A DNA stretch of 63,818 nt, the filler included, from Octopus bimaculoides (taxonomy: Eukaryota), in the NCBI RefSeq assembly GCF_001194135.2. It is 5 parts of 5 records of this genome, joined end to end, with 100 filler letters (N's around TTAATTAATTAA, not from the genome) between each part and the next. Parts side by side here need not be neighbours in the genome. Positions count along the whole stretch, not along the records: positions 62,544 to 63,818 come from NW_026329084.1; 4 more parts are not named here. One strand, given 5' to 3'. Positions 63,683 to 63,818 of the stretch are shown piece by piece; the first letter of the stretch is position 1, and each line of letters begins with the position of its first letter. The position numbers and the translations under genes are program-made. The notes under the pieces are model-generated. The model was given only the letters and a program-made list of their open reading frames with translations, searched no databases and was not told where the DNA came from.

Positions 63683-63818
63683 ATATATATATAAATTAAT
63701 AGTTATCGCCAAGCTAACATGGCAGTCCAGGAAAAATAGGACGAATGCTGCCGTTGATTAGCTCCAATAGGCCATCGCCTCTAGCTAGCTATGTGACACA
63801 CGAACCTGTGTCCATTAT

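Overview
AT-rich, gap-containing eukaryotic genomic DNA made almost entirely of transposable-element relics and microsatellites. The SINE families and (TA/CA/GATA)n load look like an Octopus/cephalopod genome; this is an inference from family recognition, not a database search. I found no confident host protein-coding exon, rRNA, true tRNA or CRISPR array. From left to right the recognisable elements are: a Helitron 3' end with a Pif1 motif, a Tc1 relic, many tRNA-derived SINEs, two Penelope-like relics with internal inversions, an R4/Dong 3' end, an RTE LINE fused in frame to Gypsy RNaseH-integrase, a Gypsy element whose putative 5' LTR is a long fold-back, a CsRn1-like Gypsy 5' half, several LTR-like units, a complete 4.0-kb hAT element (12-bp TIRs, 8-bp TSD) carrying a solo LTR and an inverted triplication, and mariner/Tc1 fragments. 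The most interesting signals are Penelope-type minimal hammerhead ribozyme motifs (40850-40895, and decayed at 63224-63262), the fold-back LTR (33894-34605), the DUP-TRP/INV-DUP rearrangement (52947-53530), the LINE/Gypsy chimeric ORF (32021-32845) and an unidentified decayed reading frame (45605-47260). All are hypotheses from visual reading; none is shown to be novel without a search.
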